25,982 nt of DNA, taken from NCBI RefSeq assembly GCF_006345805.1, contig NW_021836107.1, positions 1 through 25,982 on the forward strand, read 5' to 3'. Below, piece after piece: positions 1 through 8,930 of the stretch. The notes beneath the pieces were generated by a model that searched no databases, had not been told where the DNA came from, and saw nothing but the letters and a program-made list of their open reading frames with translations. The DNA is from Octopus sinensis. Its lineage: Eukaryota. The number at the start of each line of letters is the position of its first letter. Position 1 is the stretch's first letter. The position numbers and the translations under genes are program-made.

Positions 1-204
1 CGAACATCCACAGTGGGAGCGAGTTTCATACAAGCGACCGCTAGTCACCACTTAGTTCGCACACGCTCTCCAAACAAGCGCAGCCTCCGCTCACTCAGCT
101 CACATGTTTATCTCGTTGTGGTAGCATCCCGCTTGTGTTTTTGCCAGTGTTTTTGTCTCAATGAGCTTTTGGTGCACCTGAGCACTGTAGAGAATGAGCA
201 CATA

Positions 205-239
<35 letters not shown>

Positions 240-252
240 CATTATTATTATT
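205..252. repeat. (ATT)n microsatellite
   Basis: Direct reading; explains the poly-Ile in ORF 13..285. Confidence 0.95.
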
Positions 253-761
253 TCATTTTATTATTTGGTTTCAACAAATCAATGAAACCTCATTGTGCAA
301 ATTGCAGATTTCTGTGAAAATACAAGACGTTACCATCAATATGTAACGAGGTACTTGTTATGTTTCATTGCAAGATGTTAACAAGGAGAAAAATTGGAAA
401 ATGTGAAAATACAACATGCTTGTAATGAGAAATTATACATATGGCGATAAAAAATTACAATACACTGGCTATGGAAATGATAAAGTACAAATTAGCCATG
501 AAAAAGTTCAAGACGTCAGCAATGAAAAATGATGTAAAGAAATGTTATGAAAAATTTTGAAAATAGTGATAAAGTTAAGTACGACATAGTAGCTATCGAA
601 AATAAATAATTCAAACGATAAACTACATGCTAATGTACTTTAACCACGAAAGGTACAAGATGTGAGTAATGAAAAATATTACATAAATAGGAAATTTAGA
701 ATAGGGAGACAAAGCACAACAGGAACCATCTTTTATCGTCTATCTTCTACTTCTTATGGTC

Positions 762-928
762 ATTAGACTGCGGCCATGCTAGAGCACTGCCTTGGAGGAT
801 TTTGGTCGAACGAATCAACCCCATGACATCTAAGCCTGATACTTATTCTATCGGTTTATTTTTGCCGAACAGTTGAGCTATTTTGAACCCGCGAGTCCAC
901 TGCTCTAACCACTAGGCCATGTGCCTCC
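762..928 (-). mobile_element. Chimeric/internally deleted tRNA-derived SINE (family D head joined to family A tail)
   Basis: Minus strand starts GGAGGCACATGGCCTAGTGGTTAGAGCAGTGGACTCGCGG (as at 9339) then switches to the ...TTCGGCAAAA..CCGATAGAATAAGTA...AGCATGGCCGCAGTC tail shared with 1054-1479. Confidence 0.75.
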
Positions 929-1053
929 ACCGATAAAGCACATACTAGCCATGAAAAAAGAGTACATGATGTTAGCAACAAAACAAAGATGTAAACGAAA
1001 TCTAACGATTGTGAGAATATACGAAAAACAACGATGGAAAAATTTCCGCAATA

Positions 1054-1216
1054 GACGCAGGAGTGGCTGTGTGGTAAATAGCTTGCTTACCAACCACATG
1101 GTTCCGGGTTCAGTCCCACTACGTGGTACCTTGGGCAAGTGTCTTCAACTATAGCCTCGGATCGACCAAAGCCTTGTGAGTGGATTTGGTAGACAGAAAC
1201 TGAAAGAAGCCCGTCG

Positions 1217-1268
<52 letters not shown>

Positions 1269-1479
1269 TGTGTGAGTTTGTGTGTCTGTGTTTGTTCTCC
1301 CAACATCGCTTGACAACCGAATCTGGTGTGTTTACGTTCCCGTAACTTAGCGGTTCTGCAAAAGAGACCGATAGAAAAAGTACTAGGCTTACAAAGAATA
1401 AGTCCTGGGGTCGATTTGCTCGACTAAAGGCGGTGCTCCAGCATGGCTGCAGTCAAATGGCTGGAACAAGTAAAGAGTA
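1054..1479 (+). mobile_element. Near full-length tRNA-derived SINE, family A (CORE-like ACCTTGGGCAAGTGTCTT segment, internal (TA)n)
   Basis: A-box-like TGGCTGTGTGGTAA, B-box-like GGTTCAGTCCC; near-identical to the copy at 16994-17410 over ~400 bp. Confidence 0.85.
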
Positions 1480-2039
1480 TCCTAGCTCTGGAAAACTACG
1501 CTGGTATATCTATTTATTAAGAAGTAATATTGATGGAACTTTCTGGTTAAAACTATCGACAATATCATAGCTAAATTGATCAGATAACTCTGTTCGATGA
1601 TATTAGAGATCATTAATAAATAGTGCGTGATATTATCTAGTCGATGTGAATATCATATTAAAAAGTCAGCGAATAGGAAAAAAAAAAATCCATGGTCAAC
1701 TGATCCAAGACCTCTGGCACTTGAATCCTGATTGTAGGTTCAAGCCATCATGTATTAATCCTCGTTACATTTGGTTACGTTATCAAATGTTTATAAGAGT
1801 CGCCCTTTTAAAGATGGAGGAAGAATTTCGAGAAGCTAGGAACAAAAAAAAAAGAAAAAAGAGAAAGCAAACAAACAAAAAAATGCAATATGACTGATTT
1901 GAAATGTCCGTTAATATATTCATGAGATTTCATTTCAGCATCTGCGCGGGGATGGAGGGAGGGAGGAGGAGGGAGATTAAAAGATGGGGAGACGAATTAC
2001 ACAACATCACAACTGTTTCTACTGCTCGTCTAAGGGTGA

Positions 2040-2526
2040 CGAGGATTATGATAATGATGAAGTGGTGGCGGTGGTGGTGGAGGTGGTGGCTGCGGCGGCG
2101 GCGGCGGCGGCGGTTGTGACGGTGATGAGGATGATGCAGGTAGTGGTGGTGATCGTGCTGATGATGATGATAAAGGTGTTGATGTTGATGGTGATGGTGG
2201 TGGTGTTGATGATGATGATGATGATAATGATGGTAGTGGTGGTGGTGGTGGTGGTGGTGGTGTTGGTGACGGTAAGGATAATGATGATGATAATGATGAT
2301 AGTAGTGATGATGGTGATGATGAATAGGAGGATGATAATGGTGGGGATGTTGATGACGAGAGATGATGATGAAGATGGTGGTGGTGGTTGTGGTGTTGGT
2401 GGTTGTGGTGTTAGTGGTAGTGATGATAATGACGATGAGGATGGTGAGGCAAGGGAGGAGGATGAAAAAGAAGAAAAAGACGACGCCGTCGTGGTGGATG
2501 TTGATGACGACTACAACGACGACGAC

Positions 2527-2557
<31 letters not shown>

Positions 2558-2576
2558 GTGGTGATGATGATGATGC
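2040..2576. repeat. Compound (GGT/GGC/GAT)n low-complexity tract
   Basis: Direct reading; generates ORFs 1984..2601, 2363..2593 and 2411..2596. Confidence 0.9.
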
Positions 2577-2974
2577 AGATACTTACTGCTTAGCAAATTG
2601 AGTCAACAAGAATTTAGTTCCTCTGACCGCTGATACAGCATCGATCATGGAATGGAAATCCATGATCATCCCGGTTGACAGGTCAACAACATATCGTACT
2701 GGCCCCAGAAACAAGGTCGTTCTTCACCGAACATTAATTACATAAATTCATACATATATTAGGTACGTAAATACACATATGCTTACGTCAGTCCCTCCGT
2801 TCGCCGGTGATTTGCTCCCTCCCTCTCTCTTCCTCCATCCACACCGTCGTCCATCCATCCATCCATCCGTCCATTCATATAGAGAGAATTCACCAAAAAA
2901 AGAAACAAAATGACGAAGACAGGTGGTGTAGACAACAAACATGTTTTAGTATAACGCTCGGGAAAAGAAAAAGT

Positions 2975-3010
2975 CTTTAACGTTTCGAGCCTACGCTCTT
3001 CCACAGAAAG
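2975..3010 (-). ncRNA. Minimal type I hammerhead-like motif (A6U core variant) in a PLE-type repeat fragment
   Basis: Minus strand: CTTT-CTGTGGA-A-GAGC(GTAG)GCTC-GAAA-C-GTT-AAAG; stem I CTTT/AAAG, 4-bp stem II, GUU cleavage triplet. Confidence 0.65.
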
Positions 3011-3127
3011 GAACACGGAAAGAAACAAGGAGAGAAAATAAAGAATGTGTAGTGGTTAGCGATCCATCATGGCGAATCCATCTATTCATATATACTTTTT
3101 AACATAACATACGCACACAGCAACACA

Positions 3128-3182
3128 GTGTGTGTGTGTGTGTGTGGTGTGTGTGTGTGTGTGTGTTGTGTGTGTGTGTGTG
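3128..3182. repeat. (TG)n microsatellite
   Basis: Direct reading. Confidence 0.95.
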
Positions 3183-3864
3183 TAACTGCTAATAAAAGCC
3201 GGGTTGCGTTGTTTTCCGTTTCTTAATAAATGAAAAAATGTATAGTAAATAACCAAACGACATAACGTATATTGAGTGTACAACCGGACGGGAGACAGAG
3301 AGAGAAGGTCCCTAATTCTTCATCAGTTATCAACCAGATAGTATTACTCAGTTTCGTACCTTCAGTGATAAGACTGAGAACTTCCCATGCTGGCGGTGCC
3401 CATGAAGATTGCGGAGAATATAGGGCGGAGAGCAAACGAAACAATACACAGTGGACATACGAAAGTGAATAAATGTAATTTCAGACGCTAGACGAGGACG
3501 AAACAATAAGAAACGAGCAAAATATGGCTAAAAGGACAAGAAAGGTGAGTAACACTTAGAAGGCATCCTAAACGATTAGAAAACAACAAATAGCAAGACA
3601 ATGGAACAGAGAATTTAGGACCGGTCAACTACGCAACCAGTGTGAAAAAAGGAGAGAAAGAAAGAAGAGCTGGTTATGGGTCACGTGTCAGCAGTAGGCA
3701 GAGGAGAAAGAAGGCAAGAGAGAGGAAGAGAGAGAGCTATAAAGAAAAAACAAGGGAAAGGGTGAAGGGATAAAAGAAGAAAGGAAACAGGCTAGAAATA
3801 GAAGATGGATAAAGAGAGAACAGAAGGAGAAAGAGTGAAGGCTAGAAATAGAGCCGCATGGATG

Positions 3865-3866
<2 letters not shown>

Positions 3867-3927
<61 letters not shown>

Positions 3928-4042
3928 TAATAGTATTTTATAAACTTAAAGCTTATAAATTATTAGTATTATACTATTATTATTATTTACATAATTGTAA
4001 AAAGCAACGCTGGTTATCAAAGCACCATCACATATGTGTGTG

Positions 4043-4111
<69 letters not shown>
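3867..4111. repeat. Two (TG)n microsatellites (approx. 3867-3926 and 4035-4111)
   Basis: Direct reading. Confidence 0.95.
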
Positions 4112-4113
<2 letters not shown>

Positions 4114-4200
4114 TCAAATCAAATAAACGAACAATAAAATCAACAATAATAAGAGGACGTGCACAAGGAATGTATAAGTTGACGCTCAGTAAAAAGTGTA

Positions 4201-4233
4201 TTTAACGTTTCGAGCATAGCTCTTCGTCGCAAA
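4201..4233 (-). ncRNA. Degenerate minimal type I hammerhead-like motif
   Basis: Minus strand: TTT-GCGACGA-A-GAGC(TAT)GCTC-GAAA-C-GTT-AAA; same stem II and GAAACGTT as 2975-3010; core has C3G and U4C. Confidence 0.5.
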
Positions 4234-4283
4234 GGAGAAAAAATCCCAATAGCACGTGTGTAATTACATTGCTGAAGTGACCA

Positions 4284-4512
4284 GGCGCTGACGAGACTTT
4301 ATGGTAAGAAGCTTGCTTCCCAACCATATGGTTCAGGATTCAATCCCACTGCAGGACACCTTTGGCAAGTGTCTTCCACCGAGGTCATCTTTGCCTTTCA
4401 CCCTTTTGAGGTTGATAAATTATGTGCCAGTTAAGCGCTAGGGTCGATGTAATTGACTATAGCCTCCTACCTCAACATTTCAGGCTTTGTGCCTATATTA
4501 GAAAGCAATATT
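4284..4512 (+). mobile_element. Chimeric SINE (family A head plus family B body/tail)
   Basis: Head ...GCTTGCTTCCCAACCATATGGTTCAGGATTCAATCCCACTGC...CCTTTGGCAAGTGTCTTC, then CTTTGCCTTTCACCCTTTTGAGGTTGATAAA...TTTCAGGCTTTGTGCCTATATTAGAAAG. Confidence 0.7.
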
Positions 4513-4639
4513 TTTTTTCGCTAGTGCATACTAATCTTGAGGTTGGTGACAAGTCACCTCAAATCTCAACAAATCTTTCTTAGAATTCTTGCAGAATAAA
4601 GGATGGAACTTGTCTGCTGTTGACAATGCGAATTTCAAT

Positions 4640-4766
4640 TCCAGTCTTTCAATCTTTTAGATAGCATTTTGGCTGTTGTTGCCGATTTCTTTCACCTTTT
4701 TCACTTCATCTGTGCTAACAAATTGTTGTCTCTAAAGACTCCTTTCATTGGACTGAACAGGTAGAA
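4640..4766 (-). mobile_element. Mariner/Tc1-type transposase C-terminal fragment (frameshifted)
   Basis: Minus-strand translation with one indel: FYLFSPMKGVFR(x)QQFVSTDEVKKV, resembling the mariner C-terminal H-L-F-x-x-L/M-K-x-x-L-R-G-x-x-F-x-S-x-x-E-V-K motif. Confidence 0.5.
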
Positions 4767-4769
4767 CAG

Positions 4770-5377
4770 GTACATCCAATACTCTACCCTTTATTACAAC
4801 ACAGAAACCCAAGAAACACAGTGGTTTACAATATTATCCACCAGAGCATTCCACTACTAAGATAAGACCCAAAAATGAAACAAGCATTCGAAATACACAA
4901 AATAATCAAATCAAAAGACAATCAAAGTCTCTCAAAAAAAAGTGCTAAATTACCTTCCACAACTCCTACACCAACAGTCAAAAAATGTGGCCGCCCCAAT
5001 TGTGAGACTTGCGTCAATCTTATTGAAGACACATCATACAAATTCAACTCAGGACAGATTTTTACCGTTAAAAATCATTTTACATGTTCTTCAAGGAATT
5101 TGCTTACGCTATCAAATGTCAAGGATGTCATGAAGATTACATAGGTCAAACGAATATTACTCTAAGAAATAGACTGGCCATCCACCGACAACAAATACGA
5201 GACCCCAGTACCAGGCAGATTCCACTGAGCAGACACATAGACATATGTGCAAAAAATAAGTCCCCTAAATTCCAGGTCTTCCCACTCTGCCTATGTTCAG
5301 TGAATACCACAGATGTAGCACGGATAAACAAAGAGAATACTTTCATACAAAAGTACAAACCAAGACTTAAACTTTAA
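4770..5377 (+). pseudogene. Penelope-like element (Neptune-type) ORF C-terminus: RT-EN linker, Cys-rich motif and GIY-YIG endonuclease; frameshifted
   Basis: Joined frames: NTLPFITT..NPRN..YNIIHQSIPLLR*DPKMKQAF..IIKS..KKCGRPNCETC..F.C.SRNL/YAIKCQGCHEDYIGQTNITLRNRLAIHRQQI..HIDIC..KENTFIQKYKPRL. YAI-x9-YIG, R and E catalytic positions are present; indels near 4805, 4915-4940 and 5100. Confidence 0.9.
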
Positions 5378-5874
5378 CAAAGTACATACACAAATAACTA
5401 TTCGCACATAAAACTCATTCTGCCACTTAACATGAGGAACCTACACAGCTAACAACCTAAACTTTAACCACTGGACTACATATAAATGACTCTTGTCAAC
5501 TCTCCCACCAAACATTAAATTTGGAGTGCCTTGATTGTAACTAGACATGTTCACTCAACCGTGTCAGCCATCATTTTAGGGGCAAAATATTCTGCCATGT
5601 GACACTAAGCACGTACGTAGCGGGAAGCGTACAGAAAGTTCTAAACTTAATCACGTGTTCATTCTCTACAAACACTTAGCAGAAAACATTCAGAGCATTG
5701 ATTGTTTAGTATTACCACTAGACATCTTCAGTCAACCGTGTCAGCCTTAAATTACGACGCTAAACATTTTCACTTCATACTAACACACGGACATAGCGGA
5801 AACCTACAAAATTTTTTTAAGACCAGCCATGTGACTATCCTCTACCAATCAAACCCTATTCGAAATTTCTCCAA

Positions 5875-5920
5875 GACACCTGATGAAGGCTGGAGAGTAT
5901 ATCAGCCAAAACGTTGTGTT
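5875..5920 (+). ncRNA. Minimal type I hammerhead-like motif in the PLE pseudo-LTR (G12A)
   Basis: GACAC-CTGATGA-A-GGCTG(GAGAGTATAT)CAGCC-AAAA-C-GTT-GTGTT; stem I GACAC/GTGTT, 5-bp stem II; GAAA reads AAAA. Confidence 0.75.
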
Positions 5921-6123
5921 AACAACAAACAAGATGAGGACAAATACCCGTCAAATGTAAATAATGTAAATAATGTACATAATTCCTCATCTCTTAAACA
6001 TAGAAGAGGATAAATTTGTTTGTTTTTTCTTTATTTTGTTTGCAAAATGACAATGCACACAGTCATTTATGTAGGTCTTAAATTGTTTGTTTTTTCCTCC
6101 TTCTTAAAAGTGGTTATTTTAGA

Positions 6124-6290
6124 ATGTTCAAATTCCACGGAGGTCGACTTTACCTTTCATCTTTTCGGGGTCGATAAAATAGGTACCAGTTGAGCACTGG
6201 GGTCAAAGTACATGACTAGCTCCTTTCCTACCGCCCTCCCTCTCTCCCTCCAAATTTCAGGCTTTGCACCAACAGTTAAAAGTAGAAGGG
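6124..6290 (+). mobile_element. SINE family B, 5'-truncated
   Basis: GTTCAAATTCCACGGAGGTCGACTTTACCTTTCATCTTTTCGGGGTCGATAAAATAGGTACCAGTTGAGCACTGGGGTC matches the other B copies. Confidence 0.8.
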
Positions 6291-6465
6291 ATTTTAAAAT
6301 GTTCTTAATAGTTGATTTTGTTTTTATCTTATTTTTTATTCATTATTTTCATATTTTTGTTGCTTTTTCTTTTGAATGAAACATGCCCCAGCATGGCCGT
6401 AGCACTCGAGCTGAGACTAGTAAAAGAAAGTCAAAGAAAGAAAAAGAATAAAATATCACAAGTAT

Positions 6466-6830
6466 AAAATGTGGTTGAGTATCTTGCTTTACAACCACGT
6501 CGTTTCGGAAACTATGAGGAAGCCCGTCATATACATACACACACGCACGTACACACACGCTCACATACATATGTTTGTATGTGTGTGTATTTGTATTTAT
6601 GTGTACTTGTGCCCCTTCTGCTCTATAACCGGTACAGGTTTGTTTACGTCCACGTAACTTAGCAGTTCGGCAATAACATCCCGATAGAATAAGAATCAGA
6701 CTTTAAAAAAAAACAAAAAAACAATACAAATAAGAGCTAGTTGTCGATTTGTTCGGTTAAAACCCATAAAGGTGGTGCTCCAGAATGGCCGCAGTGCAAT
6801 GGTTTTAACATGACAAAAGATAAAAGAACG
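6466..6830 (+). mobile_element. SINE family A, internally deleted and diverged
   Basis: Shares GAAGCCCGTC, TTTACGTCCACGTAACTTAGCAGTTCGGCAA, CCGATAGAATAAG and GGTGCTCCAGAATGGCCGCAGT with 1054-1479. Confidence 0.7.
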
Positions 6831-6835
6831 GCAGT

Positions 6836-7246
6836 TTAGTTATCCGCCACCATTTTCCCTCCTCTTTGAGCACCACTTGAAGAAGTCGATAATGGCTTGG
6901 TTGGAGAAAATAAATCCTTATCTGCAGACCTCTCAATCTCTTTTATCACACAACCACTTTCACAGTAACCACTTGACAAATAATTGTTTCTATGCTTGGC
7001 ACAGCACCTTCCACTGTTTAAAATACAGATATAGTTATCTGAACGTTCACCAGTATTTGCTTTGTATGACCAATAATTGAAGGTGTCCATCACACTGTTT
7101 GCTTTTGCTCAAGTCCACTTCTTCCTCTTTCTATTCTCATCGATGAGTCTACACATTTTGCTCTGAACTTCGTCTTCGTTGCAAGATGTTGCGAATGGCG
7201 GTATGAGAGGTTTCGGCGCAGCATTTGAGGCTCCGCCTATTTGGTG
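6836..7246 (-). other. Non-repetitive 137-codon reading frame with one internal TGA; unidentified (decayed ORF or exon)
   Basis: 45 codons, TGA at 7109-7111, then 90 codons including C-x6-CC-x2-H-x9-C-x3-C; no family recognised. Confidence 0.25.
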
Positions 7247-7497
7247 TCATTTATTTCACGTTGACTTATATGGCATTAAACGTTTTAATATTTCAATCCA
7301 TTAACGTTTCTCTCCCCTCCATCTTTTCTGTATCTATCTGCGTCATTTTGTCTCTGTCTTTATGTGAGCAAATTATTATGTGACCTGTAAAATAAATATC
7401 AGTCTTAGAAAAAATATATGCATGAGTACTAGGTTCGATTTATTCCATCAAAAATCATTCAAGGCGGTGCCCCAGAATGGTCGCAATCTAATGACAG

Positions 7498-7498
7498 A

Positions 7499-7569
<71 letters not shown>

Positions 7570-7587
7570 TAATAGTAATAATAATAA
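7498..7587. repeat. (AAT)n microsatellite preceded by a family A SINE tail (approx. 7420-7497)
   Basis: Direct reading; tail motif AAGGCGGTGCCCCAGAATGGTCGCAATCTAATGACAGAAA. Confidence 0.9.
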
Positions 7588-7620
7588 CATCGAAAAATAC
7601 TTTAGGAATGACAACCCAGG

Positions 7621-7700
7621 TTCGAAATTTCCTCAAGACACCTCAAGATGAGGACAAATATCCGTCAAATGTAAATAATGTAAATAAGGTAAACAATACA
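7621..7700 (+). mobile_element. PLE pseudo-LTR remnant lacking the hammerhead core
   Basis: Aligns to 5859-5985 but jumps from AGACACCT directly to CAAGATGAGG (48 bp, equivalent to 5882-5929, missing). Confidence 0.8.
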
Positions 7701-7946
7701 CAATTTTTTGCGTGCCTCACTTAACATTCCTTTATGATAACTCTTCTGCCTTAATCATATTTTCAATTCTTTTTCATTCTTAATACCAACAGAGTACTTT
7801 AAATCTTAATGAAGAAACTGAACAAAAAAAAAACGCTGGAATGGGAGTAATCCAGGATGTAGGAGGGAGCGCATTGGTCTTAGCTAGCTCTACTCCTATT
7901 CAATTTTACTGTATTTTTTTATTCTTTTATATGCTTCAGTCATATA

Positions 7947-8336
7947 GGGTTAGCCATATTCAAATGGCAAATATACGTCACGATGTGTTGCCGCTACTGT
8001 TTATAACTCGCTCTGAGATTTATCATTGTTTGATTTCACTTTTTCAATATCAGTGTCAATCGATACTGGAAAAAGTATATGTATTTGTGAGGAGAACTGA
8101 CTTCTCGTCGACAACTATGATTGTCACACGCCGATGATAGGTCAATACCTTGAAACTCGAGTCCGTGTGTATCATAAGTTGAAGACGGGAAGGATGACTT
8201 CCCTTCACAGATACTGATAGGGCACAGAAAGTGTGTCTATAGCCAGCTGGAGGAGGTGTCTTCCTGGGGCTACAAACTACAGTAGCATCCACCCTTAGGG
8301 GTTAGCCATATTCAAATGGCAGATATACGTCACGAT
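7947..8336 (+). mobile_element. Candidate non-LTR retrozyme: 352-nt unit plus 38-nt terminal direct repeat, containing a type I HHR
   Basis: 7947-7984 and 8299-8336 match at 37/38; internal HHR and extensive self-complementarity; followed by (TA)n. Confidence 0.65.
8101..8192 (+). ncRNA. Type I hammerhead ribozyme with extended stem I (U4C; U/U at 10.1/11.1)
   Basis: CACACG-CCGATGA-T-AGGT(CAAT)ACCT-T-GAAA-C(TCGA)G-TC-CGTGTG; predicted cleavage after C8163; stem I continues past a 3x1 internal loop (CAACTATGAT/ATCATAAGTTG; CTTCTCGTC/GACGGGAAG). Confidence 0.8.
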
Positions 8337-8340
8337 ATAT

Positions 8341-8390
<50 letters not shown>

Positions 8391-8393
<3 letters not shown>

Positions 8394-8915
8394 GTTCTGA
8401 GTTCAAATTTCGCCGAGGTTGACTTTGTCATCTTTTTCTCCGAATCGACAAAATAAGCACCAGTTGAGAACTGGGGTCGATGTAATCGAAAAGCGCCCCA
8501 AAATTTCAGTCTTTATTCCTATAGTAAAAAATAACATAGAAAGAAATATTGACACCGAAAGAAATGCCGCTACGGCGCTAAACAAAATATTCGGTGGCCT
8601 TTCTTCCTTCTCTGTACATTCTGAGTTCAAATATTGCCGAAGTTGAATTCGCCTTTCATCCTTACATAGTCTATTGAATAAATACCAGTTGAGCTCTGGG
8701 GTTGACGTAATCGACTTCTCTTCCCTTCAAAGCTGCAGGTCTTGTACGAAAATTAATAATGGTGTTGACGATAGAAATGGTTCAAGAAATGCCGTTACGG
8801 AGCCAAAGAAAATGCTTAGCGGCATTTCTTTTGGCTCTATATATTCTAAGTTTAATTGTCGCCGTGGTTGGAAACCGACTGAGCTCTTCCTCCAAAGTTT
8901 CAGGCTTTGTGCCGC
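8391..8915 (+). mobile_element. Three tandem diverged family B SINE fragments
   Basis: Repeated TTCTGAGTTCAAAT..GCCGA.GTTGA..TT..CTTTCATC and CCAGTTGAG..CTGGGGT.GA.GTAATCGA modules. Confidence 0.7.
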
Positions 8916-8930
8916 CTCTGATGAAACTGG

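Larger units (their letters stand above)
4770..6010 (+). mobile_element. 5'-truncated Penelope-like retroelement including 3' UTR/pseudo-LTR
   Basis: GIY-YIG ORF followed by ~630 bp of non-coding sequence with an HHR motif and a (TAAATAATG)-type tail; the terminal part recurs at 7621-7700. Confidence 0.8.

Noticed and set aside
1984-2601. 205-aa ORF and overlapping His/Met/Asp-rich ORFs
   Set aside because: Translations of trinucleotide microsatellite; no non-repetitive coding signal.
3320-3360. GAAA and CTGATGA boxes on the minus strand (possible type II hammerhead)
   Set aside because: Stem I and stem II cannot be closed at the required positions.
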